63,934 nt of DNA from Paraspadella gotoi (taxonomy: Eukaryota > Animalia > Chaetognatha), in NCBI GenBank assembly GCA_051294375.1, contig CM119268.1, positions 17,699,562-17,763,495 on the forward strand. Reading direction: 5' to 3'. The translations under genes and the position numbers were made by a program. Shown one piece after another: positions 55,390 to 63,934 of this stretch. Numbering within the stretch: position 1 is the first letter of the stretch; each line of letters starts with the position of its first letter. Under the pieces are notes generated by a model, which saw only the letters and a list, made by a program, of their open reading frames with translations, was not told where the DNA came from and searched no databases.

Positions 55390-56047
55390 TGTCGGGACCC
55401 AGTTAATACTTTAAAGAAAAGACGATAAAATATTTTTTTTGTTTTCTGTTCAGTGTTAAAGAGTTTATAATGATTTTTATCTGAATTGAGCCCTGACCTT
55501 TTATTTTTAATGGCTCAAATATCTGAATTTAAAGTTTAATTGAATGACTCCAATAGTTCTGTTTAAAGTCTCTAATTGGTTGAATTTTATACCTTGAATT
55601 TGAATATCTGGTCTCTCATTGGTTAAAAATAACTAGTAGATGTTTTGATCTTATTCTTAAAATGTGAATTCTCCTCTCATTGGTTGTAATAATTGTGTCC
55701 TTGTATATAAAAGGAGAGTAAATTCTTAATTTTTGGGAGATTCTTCTGAGACCATCAGGTATTAAATGATATTTGTAAAATTACTTGAATATGTTAATTA
55801 ATTTTAAGCTTTCATGTAGCTATGAGCTGTTGCTGCGTCTCGGCTCTGTTGCTGCATCTCGGTTCTACTGCTATTGTTGCTGCGTATCGGCTCTACTGCT
55901 GCTGCTGCATTTTGGTTCTCTGTCATTCTGATGCACCTCTCTCAATGATTATTGGATATTGATTACTTAATAAAGTCATTATTCTATTTTATCTTTTGAT
56001 ATATGGATTGAGTTAATATTAAGTCGAGATTAAGCACTGCTCAAACA
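55390..56047 (+). mobile_element. Possible solo LTR
   Basis: Begins TGTCGGGA and ends ...AAACA. Three tct(c/a)attggtt (reverse CCAAT) motifs at 55575, 55618 and 55679, TATATAAAA at 55704, an internal minisatellite at 55825-55920 and AATAAA at 55969. The TSD is weak (atgcta/atgttc). Confidence 0.4.
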
Positions 56048-56376
56048 ATGTTCTCATCTGAAACTGAGAAACCCCCCCCCCAAGAAATCTTCTACATTCA
56101 GTTTTATTCGAAGAAAAAAAATATCATAAATATATATGAAAAAGTTATACGTCACCAAAAAATGAAATGATAAAAACCGAAAAAACGATGCAGTATGTAT
56201 AAACCGTTGAATATATTCAGTATTATAAAGAGTATAATATATAATATTATAGAAAATGGACAGAGGATTAAGCCAATAAATAAATGAAGTAAGAAGTATT
56301 GGTTTTTCAAAAATTTTCAACTAGCATCGGAACACTGTAAGGCCGTAGTATAAATTTCTAAATTTAACTTTGAATT

Positions 56377-56939
56377 AAAATTCTAAAAGTGACGAACCGA
56401 ACAACATTATATTAAGAACATTTATATAAATACCAAAATGTGTATAAATAAATTTTACAATTTACGCAGTAGGGCGCCATATTTTATACTTAAGTAACTA
56501 ATCAATAAATGTAAACCATTTCAAAACAGTTTTTTTCTAAGATTCGTCATAAAAAGTTGAATAAAAAGAATATAACTATTTTTGAAAAACTCCCTTCGAT
56601 GAAGTGGGTCAAAATTAGAAAAGCTATATTTAAGCTGAAAATTAATTTTTAGTATATTAAATATAGTTTTTTTAATTTTTAACCCACTTAATGAAAGAAA
56701 TTTTTAAAAAAATGATTCCATATTTTCATTTTATCAACTCTTTGACGAGGAAATTCAAATCTGCAATCAAAATTAAATATAAGCTATGTTTATAAATTTT
56801 TCGATTTTTATAAAGGATAGTAACTATATTATAAATAGCGAGCCCAGCTGCGAAAATTAAAAACATAAATTAATTTTTTTTACACAATTAATGTTCGACA
56901 TGAGAGTATGTTGCTTCATAATTGAACTTTTAGAATTTT
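56377..56939. mobile_element. AT-rich foldback / MITE-like imperfect palindrome
   Basis: 56601-56632 pairs with 56657-56689. Outer pairs are 56543-56575 with 56719-56748, 56464-56498 with 56818-56852, and aaaattctaaaagt (56377) with acttttagaatttt (56926). Confidence 0.7.
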
Positions 56940-57624
56940 CGTATGTAACTTTTCACTAACGCCTAAATGAACATCGTAAGGCCGCGAAGTCACAAATAAC
57001 AATTTTCTGTTTTGCGCCTAAAAAATGGTGATAAAAAAATGGAGTCAGTGAATGGAGGCTAAATATGAGTGAGAGGATTAAGCGAGTTGAGAGACGGAAA
57101 ATGGTTCATGTAATGGACGAGGTTGTAAGTAAGGGAAAGATTGAGGACGATGAGCAAGCAATTGCGTCAAACTACCCTGGCAGAGTCATGACCTCGTTTG
57201 TCCAGGAAAGGACTGATTGTGGGAAATTCTTGAGGAAAGTGAAGAGTGAGAGACGGTAAGATATAATGTAATGTATGTATGTATAAATGTGGCAGCGTTG
57301 GTGGAACGATGTCTCGGGAAGAGGGAAAGATTGACTGATGATAATTCCGTGAAAAGTGGCTGAGGAGTAGATGTAGAAAAGATAAATAAAAAATTGAAAG
57401 GAAGAAAGTGAGACAAACTAAAGAAAATCGAAGGAGAAAAAAAAGAAAAGCGAGAAAAGTGAGAGAATGTAAACAAAAACCAGAAAAAAAGCGTCAATAA
57501 CGCGTCGTCGTCGTCGTCGTCGCCGTCGAACCGAGTATTCGAAGAGGCGGCTATTAGCAAAACGGTGTTGATGGAAACAACAACCCAAACACCGTTTACT
57601 AGAAACAAAGGCAAAACAAAAAAC

Positions 57625-57673
<49 letters not shown>

Positions 57674-57961
57674 GAAATCATTCTTCAGAACATCCACTAT
57701 TTCTGCCGTCGTCGTCGTCGTCGTTTCCTCAACCCCATTATTGCCGCAGATATTTCAGGGTCATGAGATAGTAGTAAGGGCGCCCTCCTTATGGCGTTAT
57801 TTCTCTCCGCCCCTTCCTCCTTCTCTCTCTTCCTCCTTCTTCCCTCCCCTTCTTCTTCGGATATTTGATATTCCGTTTGTAGATTCTTCTTCCATCTTTT
57901 TACGAGATTCAATGTCGTGCCACATCAATTTTACATCAAATATATTCTGACCAAACCGAAT

Positions 57962-58010
<49 letters not shown>

Positions 58011-58914
58011 CTCTCTCTCTCTTTTCCATCATTCAATCTCAACCCCAGCGCCCGGCTTACGTGTCCCCTTCCATTTTATTCCAATAAGAAAGAAGATATG
58101 ATCCAAAGTTGTACGATGTTCGACTCTTGTTTTTGACCTTTTCTCGATGTCATCTTCGTCGCCGTGGTCGTCGTCTTCGTCGCCGTCGTCGTCGTCTTCG
58201 TCCCCGGCTGCCCTCCTAGCGTGATAAAAAAAAATAAAAAAAGATTTGAAAAAAAAATTGGACTTGGATAAAAAGAAAGTTTTTATACTCTTTTTCGATT
58301 GACTTTTTTCCTAGGCCCCTTCGTGTTTTTTCGGAATCAAAAATGAATGGAAGAGAGANNNNNNNNNNGAGAGAGAGATTCTTTGTTTTGTCAAGATGCG
58401 ATTCGACTTAAGCGAAGTTCTTCAATCCTGTGTTTCCCTGCTTGTATAGTTACTAATCATCCTGATTGAATGATGATGAGTTTCCCGCTTGTCACTTTAC
58501 CATGCGTGTTGCATAAAGTTAGAAGAACAATAGATAAAAAAAGAAATAATGTATGAAAATAAGAAAAAATGTCGATAAGAAAGTAAGAGAAAAATTGGAA
58601 AAAAGGTCAAAAGCAAAAAAAAGGATTTCCATATTTTTGGAATCGTTGGAATATGGGCATTGGGCGGAGACCCCTTTCATGATGCCACATTCTTCCAATA
58701 AGAAGATAAAAAAAAAGGTTCCATCTTTTTTCTCCTCCATCTCTTCCAGTTTTTTCCTCCGATATATTTATTTCTATCTCCAAACCTTTTTCCCCTTTTT
58801 TCTCTCTATCCCTTTCCCCAATTTCCGAAACCCACCCATTTTCTTTTTTATTCCTACTCTTCTCCTTTCACTCCTTTACTCATTCATCACACCCACCCTT
58901 CCCGCCCACCACAG

Positions 58915-59073
58915 CGCAAATGGCGAAACAGCAGGAGCAAGACCCGACGAACCTCTACATCGCCAACCTCCCGCTGACCTTCACGGAGCAGCACCTTGAA
59001 GAGATGCTGCAGCACTACGGGACCGTCATCTCCACGCGGATTCTGCGGGACACGACCAACAACGTGTCGAGAG
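58915..59073 (+). CDS. shep: shep/RBMS exon: RRM1-RRM2 linker and first half of RRM2
   Basis: (A)[52 protein letters not shown]+g. Acceptor ...cccaccacag, donor G|GTGAAG, 159 nt, phase 1-1. Confidence 0.95.
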
Positions 59074-59547
59074 GTGAAGGGGGGTTGGGAGTTGGGGGTT
59101 AAGGGGGTTTGGCCAAGGAATAGGTCGGGTGGGGGGGGGCAACAGTATTAACAAAACCAATAAAGAATTCGCAATTGAAGCCAATGCAACGACAGCAACA
59201 GAAAAAAACCAATAAAATCTTCAGCAAAGATAAAACTAAACAACAGTAAACAAGGCGACGGCGACGACGACGATGGCGACCAGAACGACGACGACGACAA
59301 CGACGCAATCTACGACGACTATTAACCCCTTGTGCGTTGAGTTGGCGCCGTGGACGGTCATAGTTCCGTCTCCCCATCTTTTCATAACCATACTACTTCA
59401 TCTTCTATTATTTTTGTCCTCTAACTTTTTCATCTTTATTCAACTCCTCATCTTCTTATTAAATCATCTCTTCATATATACATCATCTTATTGCATAATC
59501 TCTTTAATCTCTCTTTTTATATATATCTTCTCATCCTCTTATTACCT

Positions 59548-59608
<61 letters not shown>

Positions 59609-61434
59609 GATTTTAATGGTGCATATTGTGTTTACGTATTCTTTTTATGATGTTCTTACGAATTGTCGTTCGGGTTTTCGTCGTTATCACAGTTCATTGA
59701 CTTCCTCGTCGTCTTTGTCATCGTCCTCGTCATCATCAGTCATCACTGTCATTATCATCGTCATCATCACTGTAATCATCATCATCATCATCGTCATCAT
59801 ACTCCTACATCATATTCTGTAGTTTTAGTAGTTGTTCTCTCGTTTCATATTTTATTACTATTTATTTTATCGCCGATAAGTACTTATTTTTTCTCCCTAC
59901 CTAGTTTACTCACTTTCATTGCATATTTCTTCCTTCGCTTTCCATCGTCGTTGCCCTTGGATGTCGCCGCTATTTGTCATCGTCGTCGTCGTCGTTGTCG
60001 TCGTCGTTGTCGTCGTCGGTCATCAAGTCAAACGGCGCTTGACGTTAAGAGGATTATCAACAGACGCCGCCGCCGCCGCCGCCGCCGCCGCCGCTGCCTC
60101 TGCCGACGACAACGACAACGATGACCGAGCGACCCCGCCCACCTTTGTCGTCTTCTATTTTCGGCGCCTTGTCCTCTTTCTTATTTTTTATTCTCCCTTT
60201 GTCTTTTTTTTCTTCTTACATCTTTGTCCTGTCGTTTTTTTCCCTCTGATTTTTGTTTCGACAGCTTGTATGCATTCTCTATTGTCTACAGTCTTTTTTT
60301 TTATTTTCCTGACCTCTGTCAAGTTTTCCCAACAAACTCTTTACTGACATCAATGCCTTCTCTGTCATTCCTTCAGTAAATGCCTTCTTTTTCTCTCAAC
60401 TCTTCTGTCAACCCTTTCTTTCTCTGTAATTTTTTTTTTGTCAAGCCAATTTTTTTCTCCGTCATATCTTCTGTCATCTCTCTCCTTCTCTGTCATCCCT
60501 TTTGTCATCCCTCTCCTCTACCACGGATCCTCGTATCCCGTCAGGTCGACTCTCGCTTTTTTATGAGACGCATAACGAGGCAGCGGAAGAGGCTTGACCC
60601 CTGCCCCGTTGGCAAGGGGAGGGGGTGGTGGGCAGTGGAGGGGGAAAAGGTGGTTGAGGTGGGTGGTAGGTAAATGGAGTGGGGAGTGTTTTCGAATAGG
60701 AGCTGGTAGAACTATAACCCCCCCCGGGGTGAAAAGAAAGGGAGTTGTTGGGGTTGTTTATTATTTATTTTTTTGTCCGCCGAGCGGCGTCGTCGGCTTC
60801 CAGCGTCGGGTCAAAAGCGTCGGCCACTATGGCCGCCGCGACCGACACGACCGACCGACCGACTGCGGCCGCCAGGAGTCTCCGAGTCGCGTTGCCCTTT
60901 TCTTTTTTATGATCGACTTCTCACCTCTCGATTTTAGGATCTTCGCTTTCGGTTCGGAGGCCATTTTCTTTTTTTTTTCTTTCTTTCTGTTTTCCTCTTT
61001 GTTTTGTTTGTTTTCGTTTTTTTCTTTTTTTCTTTCTTTCTGTTTTCCTTTTTGTTTTGTTTGTTTTCGTTTTTATTTTTTCTCGAGTCTTTTTTTTTCA
61101 TGTTTCGTCGGTCTTTTTCATATTTTGTATTTTAGTTTGATTCAATATATTTTTACTTTGATTTGTTTTTAATTTCTTGCGGATTTAATTTAGATCTACA
61201 TATATCTGCTTGTTGTTATAAATATTTTGTTCTCCCTATGTTTTGAAGCATAATTTTTCAAAATCCGTAATCATTTGTTCTTCCGTTTTTAATTGTTTGA
61301 TTTTTACGTTTTATAAATAGGTTGTTGATTCGATTACTTTTTCAACTCGTTGCATTTTTTACTCTTCTTTTTTTTTCAACAGTGACTGATGAACTTTGAC
61401 AACCACAACGATTTCTTTACTTCTTGACTTGATC

Positions 61435-61509
61435 TTCTTTTTCTTTTTCTTTTTCTTTTTCTTTTTCTTTTTCTTTTTCTTTTTCTTTTTCTTTTTCTTT
61501 TTCTTTTTC
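61435..61509. repeat. (TTCTTT)n microsatellite
   Basis: Direct reading. Confidence 0.95.
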
Positions 61510-61617
61510 GCTGTCGACAATAACAAGGGAAGCGTCTTCTTCTTCGATAGTATCGTCATCATCCTTGTCATCATCATCAAGCCTTTCCGCATGATTTCCT
61601 CCTCTCTCTTCTTCTCT

Positions 61618-61659
<42 letters not shown>

Positions 61660-61696
61660 CATCTCTCCTCTATCTCTTTCTCTCTCACTCTCACTC

Positions 61697-61762
<66 letters not shown>

Positions 61763-62595
61763 CACTCTCTCACTCTTTCTCTCTCCTCTTCTCTCTCTCT
61801 CTCTCTCCTCTCTCTCCTCTCTCTCTCTCTCGTCTCTCTCTCGTCTTCTCTCCTCTCTCCCTCTCCTCCTCTTCTCTCTCGTCTCTCTCTCTCTCTCCTA
61901 AACGCGGAAGAGACGTCCCCATCTCTCATCGTCTAGAGCAAAAAGTAAAAAAAACTTCTCTTCTCAGAAAAATCGGCCTTTTTTCATCTTCTTCTTTTTC
62001 TCAGTTTTTTTTTCTTTTCTCCTCTTTTTTTTTCCCTTCCTTTTCTTTCTCCTCTCCTCCGCGCTTCTCCCTTTCTCTCGGCGTCGAAAAAAAAGAAAGA
62101 GAAAAAGAAAAGAAAAAGAAAATCCCATTGCCGAAGGATGTCGGAGGTGAACGTCCTGCGAACGGAATGAAGAGAAGGAGGAAGGAAGGAAGAAGAGGGA
62201 AGGAAAGAAAAAAAAACATAACGAGAGAAGGAGATATTTTTTTCTCGCGTCGGATGAGAAGAGAAACTCTAAAGAATCCCGACGCCGCGCCAATGAAGGG
62301 GGGGGGGGGCGGGTGGAGGAGGAAGATCCGGGTGAGAGTGGGAAAAAGGGATGCGGAGGTGAGGTGCTCGGGCTAAGGGGGCGTTGGGGGGGGGGAGAGA
62401 AGCGATTCTTTCTGCTCGTTTATTCGATGACCGCTTCTCGTTAAAACTCTGGTCATCTGTTATCGAGGTTTTTTTCTCCTCTGTGATTTCCTTTTTTTTT
62501 AATGCACATTCGAAATATGTTTAGATTAGATTATGATTGCGATTATTATACATAAAAGTATTAAATTATTTCACATATTTTTTTTTCTTTTTCAG

Positions 62596-62751
62596 GCGTC
62601 GGTTTCGCGCGAATGGAGAAGCAGGAAACTTGCGAAAAGATCATAAACGATTTCCAACAATAAACTTGGCCGCGGATTGCAATGAACAGCTGTTAGTGAA
62701 ATTAGCCGACGGGGGCGGGGAACAAGAAGAAAAGAATCAGCAAGTAGGGAG
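62596..62751 (+). CDS. shep: shep/RBMS exon: second half of RRM2 (with apparent indel errors)
   Basis: Acceptor ttttttctttttcag with a phase-1 join giving GVGFARMEKQETCEKIINDF. After frameshift(s) near 62655-62670 it continues DCNEQLLVKLADGG, with NKKK in a further frame. Donor G|GTGAGA at 62752. Confidence 0.88.
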
Positions 62752-62968
62752 GTGAGAGACGATTGATTGACTGATTGATTGTTTTACTTGGTTAACGTCT
62801 TTTACTCGTTCGCTGAGACTTAACTCACAGAATTCTTTTATTGACAAACTCGCTGTCAAAAATAAGACAATACTTTTGTTTTGTCACTTATTCTTTTTTT
62901 TTTTCTTCTTTTTTTTTCTTTTTCGTTCTTTCTATTTTTCTTTCTGTCTTACTTTCATTTATTTTTTT

Positions 62969-62999
<31 letters not shown>

Positions 63000-63934
63000 A
63001 CTTGCTTTTCTCGGCTCTCTCTCCTCTCTCTCTCTTCTCTCTCTCTCTCTGCTCTCTCTCTCCCCCTCTCTCTCTCTCTCTCCTTCTCTCTCCTCTTCTC
63101 TCTCTCCCCCTTCTCTTTCCCTCTCTCTCTCTCTCCCTTCTCTTCTCTCTTCTCCCTCTCTCTCTCTCTAACAAGAGAGAGAACTGCAAAACGCATAAGT
63201 TTAAACGAAATCAAATTAATTTTTACTAAACGACGCGTCTGGCGCGACGACCGGAAAAACATTAAAAAGCTCAATTAAATAAATAATACGGCTTTCTTTT
63301 TTTTTTTTTCACTTCGGTTAATGAATTTTCCCATTAACTTAAAAATCGCGCGAATAGTCAAGTTCAATTGAAATATTGCGTGACCTTGGAAAAGCGATTC
63401 CAAGATTAAGTGAGACTCGGCTCACGTCGAAATTTCATTGAGATTGAATGAGATTAATTGAGATGTTATAAGATATAGAGATATCAACGGATCCACATAC
63501 AATAGTAAAATTGTCAACAAAGAAATTTCCAAGAAACCAAGATCTTTCTCGGTTAAATGTTGAAACTTCATTTGCTTAATTTGTAGTAGTAGAAACAATA
63601 AAAAAGCACTTATTTGTCTAAGTAGATTTAAACAAATTTACCTTAATGACTTTTTCAAAAAAGGATTATTTATAAAAGACACTATTCAAGTGTTTTGCCC
63701 TCTCATTACCTCACAATACACCTAACACCATGGAAGAAAAGACGAAGCTATGTAAATTATGTATCCGATTTATGATTCACCAGCTCGAATAGAACGTTAA
63801 GAAAGCCCGACTCAAATGCCATTAATTAAAGTACCGTACATGCTACAAACGCCATTCTCGCTTTAGACGCCATATTTTCGCTTCTTGCCATTAGCGACAT
63901 CCAACTCGCCGTAAAAATCTATCCGGAGCCGGGG

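Overview
Eukaryotic draft-assembly sequence, probably from an invertebrate animal. It is very rich in (AG/CT)n and (GAC/GTC)n microsatellites, has many N gaps and has several indel-rich stretches that look like unpolished long reads. Almost all ORFs in the supplied track are translations of microsatellites or gaps. The only supportable gene is a long-intron, + strand shep/RBMS1-3-family two-RRM RNA-binding protein. Phase-compatible exons lie at 13199-13477 (ATG 13444), 17309-17632, 26257-26391, 29066-29204, 58915-59073 and 62596-62751. There is a corrupted candidate exon at 49278-49340. The RNP1 (GYGFVDF-type) part of RRM1 is missing and the 3' end lies beyond the window. The introns hold a hAT-like non-autonomous element with a nested tRNA-derived SINE, a second ~2.1 kb hAT-like insertion whose empty site also appears in the window, a foldback element, a possible solo LTR, and three kb-scale inverted duplications that are most likely assembly artefacts. 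I see no evidence for a new biological system; the most useful observations concern gene structure, TE polymorphism and mis-assembly.
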